Of a stretch of 64,000 nt of DNA, positions 23,271-34,219 are shown piece by piece. Below the pieces are notes generated by a model that was given only the letters and a program-made list of their open reading frames with translations, made no database searches and was not told the origin of the DNA. Within the stretch, counting starts at the first letter, position 1; each line of letters opens with the position of its first letter. Origin of the DNA: Gnetum montanum (taxonomy: Eukaryota; Plantae; Gnetophyta); NCBI GenBank assembly GCA_015680685.1, contig MNCI01002829.1, forward strand, positions 1-64,000. Reading direction: 5' to 3'. The position numbers and the translations under genes are program-made.

Positions 23271-26200
23271 AATGATGTTTATAATTTTTTATTTTTACTT
23301 ATGTATGCCTAGAAAGCTTTATTTTTTATGTCAACTTCAATGTAAAGACTATAGTGTTAAGTAGATTGCTTACCTTAATAACTTGTAGGTTAACTTTTAT
23401 ACTTAGTGCAAGGAGTTGGGCTCTATAGGATAAACACATAAGATAATGACATAACCGATGACTAATCTTTTTAATATCTAGATGCTATGGTGGTTCACTC
23501 AATTATTTTCTTTCTTGAAAACTACGTACATCAAATTCTTTATTATTATAGCCTGCGAGGAATAAGTCGATGCTGTCTTGTATCTACCACCTCAAGTCTC
23601 AATTTATTTTGACCTAAATAACAAGTGTTTTTTTTTTCCCGATTGACACGTTGGCGTAATATTTCTGCAAGATGCGTAAATATCAAATATCGAATAGAAG
23701 ATTTGTGAAAACGAAATGTCCATAATCGTGTCTTTGGCTGCATATGCAGCCGTCCGAAATCCGAATGCAATCTTTAATACATGGCATGCGAAACAAAACC
23801 GAAAGCCACAGCGGATGTTGTTCCAGATTCTTCATCGGTTTATCCACCCTTTTTCTTATGACACAGGCGCATATTTCTATGGACTCATTTTGCTTCAGTT
23901 TCGCTGAATACTTCGTGGTGTTTTGTTTTTACCGCCAAGACGTGTGCTCCAGAAGTGCTACAAAATATCAGTAGTGCCGTAAGTAATCACAACGGCATTG
24001 CAGTGCAGGGCAAAGCAGAGCAGAACAGACGCACAGAAAATGCAAATCATAATTAATTATAAGATGCATAATTGGCAGAAGCGCGATGTAACCCATGATG
24101 AAAAACGAGGCATCCACGTATGTGAACTGAAAGGTGAAAATGCATGCATTGATTCATTCATGAGGATGAGGAGGAGGGCCGGCCGAGCCTCCTCTAATTG
24201 ACAGAAAGAAAGGGCGCTGCTGCTATCAAATCATTTTAGTCAACCTCCCACTAGTCCCGTTAATGCCATGCAATCATAACAGCCTGGACAAAATGTCACG
24301 TATCCATCACCTTTATGTTTTTGCTTTTGAGGAAAATAATCCCTCACGTCTTTCTCGTCAAATATGGCGCTTTCTGCTTTCCCTTTTCTCGCTCTCGGCT
24401 TTCGCTTCCATTTTACCCCCGTCCGCAAAGCTCCAACAACAGAAAACAAGGCAGCAAAAAAAGCAGCAGTGCGGTTTTGACTTCTCGCGGGTTAAAAAAG
24501 CTGGCTGCCTTAATTTCTTGGAATTGGTATTATAATCATACCTTAAATTATGACCATGAAGATGGATGATCTGATTTCCGGGCCGCCCCTGGCCCTACCG
24601 CTTTGGCCATTGATTATTTCGCACCAAAGTTACTGTATACGACTTTAGGCTTTTATCATTCGAGTTTCCCTTATTCCTGTCTTGGCCGTTCAGCGAAAAG
24701 ATCCGTTGACCCCTGCTAAAGAAAGGGGTTTCATTTCGGAACAGAAGCAGCCATCCGCGAAAATAATTCAAAATCCAGTGGGAAAAAATAAAAGTCATTG
24801 CGTGAAGGCAAAGTTAACCTTTTCGTGTTTTCAATTATGAAAAGCAAAAATGATAATAACAGTAGAAGCATTTGCGCATGTACGAAAGGAGTTAGCTTGA
24901 ATATCTAAATCAACGATAGGATCCCGTCGCTCTGCGACAAATAGCGTTTTGGTGTAAATGTGGTTGAAAGATTCAAAGTTAGAATATTTACCTCCGCGGA
25001 AGAAAATTTTTCTTACGTAGCTTGGAATATAACCTCCTGCTTTCCACTGTTCACGAGGCGAAGCAGAGAGAGAGAGAGAGACACGATGTTGGAAAAGTTA
25101 AGTCTTAAGATTTGGAATCCACAAGCTGACATCGCGGCAAAGCTATTAAGCCGCAGAAGAGAAAAAACCTGCAAGCAAACAAAAAACGAACGGAATAAAG
25201 TTTCCTTATTCTGCAAGTAGAAAAATTCGTGTATAGCTGTGCGAAAGCGAAAAGATGTGAGATACGAATAAAAGATTCAAAACCGTAGTTAAAAACTTAA
25301 AATCATTCTTTCGGTCGCTATTACAAGTGGCTGTATTGGTTCCATGCCGCGAAATTTCAGGATGAAGCCGGCAAAAATCAATTTACAAAAAATATAATAA
25401 AAAACGCATGAAAGCATGGAGCAGCGACATCCATTAACAATCTAAAATAATGGAAAAGAGCTAAATCTCCGTTTCATGTCTGGAAGCAAGAGGGACGTCT
25501 GCGTGAACAGTTTGAGATACTCTTTTTTACCGTGAACTCACAAGGAGGAGATCCGTTAAAATAACAGAAGAAGTTAATTCCGCAATTTGCAGGGAAAATC
25601 CAACGGGAATCGAGAAACTGATCTGTTTGTCCCGTGAAACACCGAAATTTTGTGAACCTGGCTTGGATTTGTGACGTAAAGCTGTTTGCTTTTGGCGTTG
25701 TCCGTCTGGCAGAGGGAGATTACGAACGTGGAAAAGGGTTGAACCAAGGGAAAAAGTAGGACATTGACGTGAGGGCCGCCAAGCTAGCGGACGGACGGCT
25801 TACATGAATTTATGGGATGGCTAAAGAAAACATAGCAATTTGGATAAAAGTCGGCGTTTGTCCGTCCAATAAATATCTGTCACACGAACCATATCAGTTG
25901 CCCGGGATATCGTGGTCTCTTTTTTGCTTTAACTTTTTTCTGTTTCGCCCGTGTTAAAAAGATCCCGCGGCTGCGCCCACAGGGGGGAGGGGGGGCTGGG
26001 GAGGGAGCCCTACGTGCCTGCTGCCCTCGTCTCTTTTGGCACAAAATTGGGTTCCTTTTTTTAGCTTTCGCATTTGTGACGTGACAGCAGGCTTGTGCAA
26101 AACAATAATTCTGGCCATCAATGCATAAACGATAAAAACACGAAGGCTTACGAGGAACCCAAGCAAAGGGGGGGCTTTGTTTAATGTATCGGGGGCGTAC

Positions 26201-29200
26201 GGTGGTGTGGAGGACAGCATTATTTTAAACGCGAGGAAACATGCGGAATAAAGCGTTAATTATGACCAAAATTATGGGGCAAAGCAATCCAAAAAAAAGA
26301 GATGTGCATGTTCATGTTGTAGTTGCGTTGCGTGCTGCCCCACCGCAGCACGAAGCAGAATATGGTGTTCATGATTACGAGGCATCTCACGTTTGAGAGA
26401 AAGAAGGAAACAGAGAGAGAGAGAGAGAGCAAGTGCGGTAGGGCAGGGCAGGGCAGGGCAGGGCAGGGCATTGGGACATGTGTATGTATGGAATTCCAGG
26501 GCCGTGTTGTGTTGTGTTGTGTTGCACTGCATGTGTGTTAGATTTTGTAAAAGCGGGATCAGAATTGGGGATTCGGGCATAAGAACGCAAGGCTGAATGT
26601 TAAAGCCACTTTTGGAAATGGGCTCTTCTTCTCCTCCTCTTTCTTGGCCTAGTCGCCTTGGCACTACGTTGTATCGCCCCGAGGAGCCCCAGGCATGTGC
26701 CTGCGTTGGCGGTGGGACCGCTTTGTGGGCTACGTTACAGCTTTTATTGTTTCACTTTTCTCAACCATCTGCTCTTGCCCTTGCCCTTGCCCTTGCCTCC
26801 AATCTGCTGGGGCTTTGGGGTTGGTAATGGTCGTGCTCATGCTCGATTAATACCATAACATAAGACGCCTTCCCTAATCCCTATCGGTTCTTCGCTTCCT
26901 TTTTCCGTCGGTTCTTGTTTACCTCAACTGCCTTGAGCATTGCGTCGTTGGTTTTGGCGCTGTTGTTTTAAATAATTGGGTCATTTGGACTCCTCTACGG
27001 ATTTAAAACTTTCTGCTACCGCTGCTGCTACTGCTGCAGCAGTGCAGTGCACTCCATGCATGGGCAATGAGCATGATTCTTACAGGTAGGACCCACCCCA
27101 TGCCCATGCCCCAGCCCCAGCCCCATTCCCCATTCTCGTCACAGATGGAAAGAGAGAGAGAGAGCGAAAGAAAGAGTCGTGGGGAAAGGGATATGCCATT
27201 GCCATGCATGCATGCGTGGCATAACAAATACAAACACAAACAGACATTGCATATGCATAGGCATACGCATAGTTTCTTCCTGCTCGCACAGTTGCGCTTC
27301 CCGACGCCGACGTCCGCATGACATGCGCACGACATCAGTGTCCACGTGGCGGTGGGTGAGAGGCACGGCGGATGTTTTTCCGCTTCTTTGCTTCGTGTTC
27401 GTGGCTTTCGCTTGCTTTCTTGGCGCGCTAAAACAGCTCGTGCCGTGCTGTCGCTAGCGAGCGAATGCGACTGCCATGTTGTTGTATTCATGTGGACTAA
27501 GGCTGGTCCCTCTTCGTGCGACTCGACCCCATCTCCAAGCAAACAACAAACACACACACACGCGCACACGCCGAAGAAACTGCTCCTGGTTGTGCCGCTA
27601 CCGTTGGCGATGGACACGCTGTTGGTGAGGGAGGGTCACGTTGAGTTCACGTATGTATCACTGCTTTCTCACAATAGCCCTTCCCTTGTTGGGTGCCTGT
27701 CATGTCATGATGCGTCCGCGGCACAGTTTAAATTACGATACACAAAGATGTGTCCATGAAATATGTTCCTCCTTCTCCTCCTCCTCCTTCACAGATGATG
27801 ACTCCCAAAACTTGGAAATTTAGCATCTGGTTACTTTAAAGCAGCATGCACGGCCTGCCTTTCTCATAACTTCATCATGTTTAACTGTCCACCATCATGT
27901 CACCGCTATACCCGCATCTCGAGCTCGACGTCCACGTCGCTAACTGCGGTTAACGTGGAGAGAGTCACAGTAACCCGCAAGCACGCTCCTCGTATGAAAT
28001 TCAGGTTTCAAACTTACTACAATGACAGCTTTGGCAGACGACGCCCAAGCCAGACCTGGAATATGGTTTCCGACCAGTGAAGGGGAAATGACGTCAACAT
28101 GGTGGAGCAACGCATCACCGTCGCGTCATCATATGATGGGTGCGCATGATCATCATGCCATAGGCATGCTGGTGGGGCTAAGGGCTACCGCTGCCGTCGG
28201 TCGTCTGCGGACGGAAAAAGCGAAAAACTACAAACCTGTGAGCTCGGCGCCGGTGATCCTGCTCACGTTACGTCCATATCTCCGCAGATTCGCGGATGAT
28301 CACGTTGCTTCCGAGTTGCGTTGCGCGAAAAGGCCATGCCAGACATGGCGGTGAAAAAGCGGGTTGATGCGTCTACGTAAACAGAAAGAACAGGTGCCAT
28401 GAATGAATGAATAAATGAAGGAAGGATCCATGCATCAGTCCGTCCATCCATCCATCCATCCGGTCCGGGTCTCGCCTTATTCGCCTTCGCTCTCAAGTTG
28501 TCCGTCCGTCCGTCCCTCCCTCCAAAGTCGTCAATTCGCGATGTCCGTCCATTCCGTGCCCTAGCGTCTATTGGCCAGCACAGCATAGAGCACATGCTGT
28601 GTATGCATATCTCTGGCCTTCATGCAATCCACGATTTCGGGCCTTTGGCGTCCTTCCACGGAAATATTCGCCAGTGTACGTGACGTGACGCTCCGCACAT
28701 ACGAAGCGGAGCAGGTGCCACGAAACCGGCTTCCATGCGGATGTGGGCTATGCGGCCTCGATGGCATTGCCATGCATTTGCTTGGCTTGGGTTCGTGCTT
28801 TTAATCATGGGAAAGGGCCGTGCGATTTTGAGAGACGTCGCGTGGCTTTGCTTGCCGGCCGGGCCACCATGCACAAACAGCGCTGGAGCAACGAGACGAG
28901 ATGAGATTGGATGGGACGAGACTAGATTAGACGCGACGAGACAAGAGCCCGACTGGACAGCCAATGCCATGAAGCGACGGAGGGACGAAGGGAGGCTGCG
29001 AGATGCTCTAGTAGCAGCCAGCGGCAGCACTAGTCACGAGCCATAGTTTTTATTTATTTTACTCCTTCTGCTTGGCTTCTTGCCATACTATGATTGCCAC
29101 GGTCATCATCATTGCCAAAATTTAATTCTTTTTCTTAGGGGTAATGATTATTATCTCCTAAACTCACGGGCGAATCCGCCGACTGGGGACGTGGGTGCAA

Positions 29201-32200
29201 CACTATTCCCGCTTAATGGCGCAGCACGCGTTGATTCGTTTCATTAATTCACAAGATTCGTCGAGAGAGCGGCAGCAGCAGGGGAAGGAGGCCAGAAGCG
29301 GCTCCCTGCATGCCATGCCCATGGCTCGTCAAATAATAATGCTAATAATTTGACCACGAAGCCATAATCGGGCGATAGTTATGGAATTTATGATTGGATG
29401 TGCGGGTTTGGCGTGTTGTGGCGGTGTCACGTAGAAACGTGACGTCAAGGGCGCCACCATACATACATGCTCAATGATCATCATCAACCACAGGAACAAG
29501 GTTCAATCGTTCATGCTCCTTTCGCTTTCGCCGTCTCGCTGCTGCTCCTGCTCCTGCTCCCCCGTCAAGGAAGAGAGAGCGTGTTCATGCATGCATGATC
29601 GCCTGATGCATGGCGCATGCATGGCCATGCATGCGTTCGGCGTGGCGAAAATTAAACAATAATGACGATGACGATGACGATGGAACGCGAAATTCATGAT
29701 GGTGTCCTCCGCCATGATGATGATGATGGGGGAGGAGGAGGAGGAGGAGGAGAGGCTACGTGACTAGGAGGAGGAGGACGACGAGTGGGGGAGCATCGCT
29801 GTCATACGACTGAATGAATGAATGCGTGCGTGCATGCATCATGCGGCAGGCCGGCATGCATGCATGCATGCGCACATGGGAACGGATAACATAATGCGGG
29901 AGGCACGAAGATACAGATGTAGATGTAGATGCAGCTACAGCAGCAGCAGCAGCAGGAGGCGGAGGAGGAGGAGGAAAGAAAGGGGCATGATGATGATGAT
30001 GATGATGCGGTCTACGTGCGCCAGCAGCAGCAGCTTGAACGTCATGATGCCATCGACCACGTTTGGTGCAGGGCGCTGACAGCAGGCGTGCACGCCTACC
30101 CATTCTTCTCTCTTGCTCTGCCACGCCCACTGCGCCTGCGCCTGCGCCTGCTCCTGCTCCTGCTCCTGCTCCTGCGCGGCAGCCCAACTCAACTCTCCCT
30201 TTGTTAATTTGTTACCACGGCCTCCTCCTCCTCCTCCTCCTCCTCCTCCTCCTTGGCTTTCCCTTGGCAGTGAAAGAGAGAGATAATAACGGACGCACAT
30301 ACATGCCATGCTATGCTGTGCTGCTGCTGCTGCTGCCGCCGCACGGAGGACGCCCCGACTTTGTCCTTTACTTACCAAACCCTAACAAAACAAATAAACA
30401 ATGTCCCAGGAACATAAGCTTTGTCACAAATCCCAAATAGATATACCGTAAGACGCGACACGTCTGAGGCGCAGATAAATACGTGATAATAGGATCCACA
30501 GCGGCCAGCGAGCGGCCCGCCTGAATTGGGCATCGTCGTCGTCGTCGTCGTCTTTGGCTTCCTTTTTTGTCCGCACACGCAAAACGAAACAAGACTGTGA
30601 GCAATCCGGAAGGGGAGGGGAGGGGAAGAAGGGAACGGCAGTTGTTGTTGTTGTTGTTGTGCTGTTTAACGGTGAGGAAAGGGAGGGAGCGCTGGCACGG
30701 TGGCAGACGCGCAGACTTCGCGTTTTTGTCGTTGGAGCGGGGCAAGGCGAATGTGCAGAGAGAGGGACAGAAAAGAGGCGGCCTGCAACTGACAAAGGTT
30801 TTTGTTTGTGCTATGTAAGGTGCGGTTTTTATTTGCTTTGTTTATTTGCAAGTGAGTGTAGATGCAGACGCTTGTCGGAAGCCGGACACAGCTGTTTTGT
30901 TGCACTGCTGCTATGCTGCCGCGCTGCGCCTGTGCCTGCGCCTGTGCGTTTTGCGGATTCGATGACTGATCGCAATTCGAGAAGGGAATTTGGAGTTCGG
31001 AAATGGTAAATTAGGCGGATGCCGTGTCGTATCTAGTTCCGAGTCCAAGGAAAAGGGATGAATGAGAGTGTGTGCATGGAGATACGCGACGAAGTGAAGG
31101 AATGAGAAAAGGGGGGGAGAGAGAGTGTGTGCGTGCGTGAATGAGGAGGACCGTGGAAATCCATGTTCGTCGTCGTCGACTCCTGTGCTAGGGTTCCTCA
31201 TCTTCTTCGTCGTCGTCGTCGTCGGAGCGCGCACTGGAATCGATCCGAGGAACGTGACGTTGTGCAGACAGAAGAGCCGAAGCAGCATAGTAATAATAAT
31301 AATAATCATCATCATAGGTGAGCTTCCAATTCCGACTCTAATTTCATCTTTCGTGCCGCCTGCGCGCGCCTCGGCCTTGCTGTCATTTGTTTTTTGTATT
31401 TTTGTTTTGTTTTCGTATTTCTTTACTGTTTCTCTGCTTGCATCCTTTTGGAAAACGATGAAAATTAGAAAAAGGATCATCCGGAATGTGTGTGTGGAAC
31501 TAGGCCTTGTCCGTTTAGGCACAAACTCATGCGTGACAAGGACAAACGGCAGCAGCAGGCATCGTAATAATAAGGTCAGATTGCTGTGAATCTTTGCCTT
31601 CTCTTCGCGCTCCCGCTCCCAGGCGCGTACGATGCATTGCAGATACCTCACCTCCTCGGTTTCTAATGTCCGCAAATCAGAATCTTCCCTGCGTTCGTTC
31701 GTGACTGTAAGGTTATAGGTTAAGGTTCTCGTTCGAGATCTTGGCGAATACAGCATCATGCCGACAGGGATATGAAATATGCGACTTGCGAGGACGCTTG
31801 TGGCAGCGCTTGCAGGAATTCCCGGCCGGACAAGATTCAGTTCTCGTTTTCGGCATCTGCATAGCCGGAGAATTGATTAGGCGTATATCAAACCATGGCG
31901 GATTGAACAGGCGTGTAATATTCGTACAGCTTGTGATGATAATTTGTCTGGCCTGGCGACTTTCTGTGCGTTGTGGACTGGTCTGCGCACCAGATCCTTC
32001 GGTGTCGGTGCTTCGGCGAGCTACAATAACAAAGCGTTTATTCGTTTCGTGGAGTCCGCGTGAAGTTGCAGGATTGGTGGAGAGATTCAAAGGTTTTGAG
32101 ACCTCCCGTGCGTGCTGCAGCGGGAGCAACGGTGCTTTTATAGTCGCGGTTACAGATTGCATGTCTAGAAAAGTGCTCAGAAGCGTTGAGAGTTAGATTG

Positions 32201-32695
32201 TGTTTAAGTCTACCTCCGGCGCAACAAGAGGCATTTGCTTTGGCTTTCTCCGCGAGTGTTCGTCCGCAGAACATCGTTCCTCTTTACTCGCTGTCCCTTT
32301 TGCTTGATTCTTACCGTTGACGCAAGTGCAGCTGCGGTCACAGTTCTTAATTTCTTACCTAGGTTTCCGCAACTTCTTTCTTTAAATCTTTACTCGTGTC
32401 GTTCTGAAATTCAAATTTATTTCAGCAAACAATTTTTTCCGGATCTTCTATGCGCTTACGATCTGCCGGTTCTTTGCGTCTTGCAGGTCAGAAATTTGCG
32501 ATAATGATGCGAGATGCGTGTCTGCTAAGAGAGAGTCCATGCCTTGCTCTGGTACGCTGCCTGCGAACTCAGACAAAAATGTGTTTGAATTCTTTTCTTC
32601 TCTGCCAGTTCCATATGCTTTTTTTCCGGACATGTGGGGTCTCTGTATGTATGTCTTACTAGGTTTCATCTGCAGAACTAGCTTTGCGCGATCAT

Positions 32696-33873
32696 ATGAC
32701 ACCTCATAATTCCATACAGCACCAGCGGAGATTTATCTTGGAGAGAAGAAAAGAGTCGGTATCAGCAACGGACTTCGGCTGCGGAGGAAAACGCAAAAGC
32801 CATGATTATTCGGATTACACGCTGAAAATAAGCAGCGGGGAGTCGGATCTCACGCTGGAGCGCATGGAAGTCGGGGGAGGCTCCAGTACTAGCAGCTCAG
32901 ACAACAACGGCAGAGTTATAGAGCAACAAGCTGCGACTGGGTTCGCAGAGCGATTCATGCCTGAATCAACGTCTTACTACATTGCTCCGGATCCTGAAAA
33001 GCCCAAAAAAGGATCAAACAGCGCGGCGGAAGATGACTGGCTTGCATTAGGTCTTGGCTCAGGTTTAACCCGCCAGAGCCAAAAAATGAAAGATCTAGCG
33101 ACCACGACGAGACACAGCAGCAGCTATGACAACCGTGTGTCGCCTGCGCAGGCCATAAATGCTGAGTACATGCGATACCAGCAGCCGCAGCAGCAGATGT
33201 ACAATTTTACAAAGATGAGTCCGTATCTGCCACCACCAGCGGCGCCACATTTTTCTCCTCCAAATTTTCAGGACATGAATCCCCGCGGAGCCTTCGCCGA
33301 CAAAGCAGGCCTGAGCAGTTTTGCGTCCATGCTGAACTCGCTGGCTGCGCAGGAAGCTCATCGGCGGCAGATGAGCATACCGCAGCAGCAGCAACAATCA
33401 GAGAGGAACTGGACAGCTTACAGGACTGTCCCCGCAGCAGAGACTGCAAACTCATGGGGAGCGATTTACGGTGGTGTATCAGAGGAGCGAATGGCATTGG
33501 CAATGCAACAGCAACCACACGATACTCGGCGTGGTATGTGCGAGGGATTCATAGCTGATATCAGGGATCATAAGCTTGCGCGAGCTATGCCTTCTCACAT
33601 GCCAGAAATGCACTCTGGGTCCTACTCAGAGGTAAAAGCTGAAATGAATTCACAGTGCGGCAGCAGCAGAGATTGTCTTAAGTTAGCCGGTCATGGGCAG
33701 CAGCTGCCTCATCATGACTTGCCAAGCAGCTCTGCAGAGAGGTTTCAGAAGGTGCCTGAGGCGACGACGACTGGGCCATTGGCAAAATGGAGCGAGCACA
33801 CAAGAATCTTCACGCCTTCCAGGAGCTCCGAAACAGGTGTATGGTTTACATTGCAGGCTCTCAACGATCACGA
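32696..33873 (+). CDS. LAX2: LAX PANICLE2/Gnp4-like RAWUL-domain protein, coding exon 1 (protein ~506 aa)
   Basis: First in-frame ATG 32696 (MTPHNSIQHQRR); KRKS NLS-like, DWLALGLG motif, GVWFTLQA domain start; donor GA|GTAAG phase 2. Start codon not certain. Confidence 0.85.
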
Positions 33874-33972
33874 GTAAGAACTAGGCCTCCTTTTCAGTTT
33901 CTGATGCTATTCATAGGGCCTTAACGACCTCATGCTTCGGCGAGGCTTACTTATTCACCTGCATATCTGCAG

Positions 33973-34023
33973 GAACGGAGATCGAGTTTTGCCGCAAATT
34001 CCAAGGAATTATCTCAGAATTAA
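33973..34023 (+). CDS. LAX2: LAX2-like coding exon 2 (ENGDRVLPQIPRNYLRIK)
   Basis: CTGCAG acceptor, AA|GTACG donor, phase 2/2; LPQIP..YLRIK is the signature of plant BMI1/DRIP/LAX2 RAWUL. Confidence 0.92.
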   Translation, partial: ERRSSFAANSKELSQN

Positions 34024-34146
34024 GTACGCACGATATCTTTTTCCTGGCAAAAAGTAACGCACCGTTTTGAATGTGAACTACTTAGGGTTTGCTTTTGCAG
34101 CAATAACATTTGTCTGATTTTAAATGCGCTCTTTTCTTTCGGCCAG

Positions 34147-34219
34147 GGACGGAAATACCACGATACTAACTGTAAAAAAGTATCTGGCGAGCAAGCTCGG
34201 ACTATGCGACGAATCAGAG
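34147..34219 (+). CDS. LAX2: LAX2-like coding exon 3 (DGNTTILTVKKYLASKLGLCDESE)
   Basis: Pyrimidine tract plus CCAG acceptor, GAG|GTAGG donor; DG....VKKYL..KL.L..ESE RAWUL motif. Confidence 0.92.

Noticed and set aside
24198-24218. TTGACAGAAAGAAAGGGCGC resembling miR156/157
   Set aside because: Too many mismatches and no complementary arm; partial miR167- and miR172-like strings at ~34802 and ~34758 rejected for the same reason
26256-31009. Many 60-200 aa overlapping ORFs in the GC-rich island
   Set aside because: Microsatellite-derived homopolymer peptides in several frames and both strands, with no domain motifs
30911-31759. 282-aa minus-strand ORF, and overlapping 31125-31589 and 31713-32196 ORFs
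   Set aside because: Low-complexity translation of repeats and T-rich intron-like DNA, no recognisable motif; cannot be fully excluded without expression data
32684-33877. 397-aa single-exon ORF as the full gene
   Set aside because: Starts at TTG and its stop lies in the GTAAG donor; splicing restores a complete RAWUL domain
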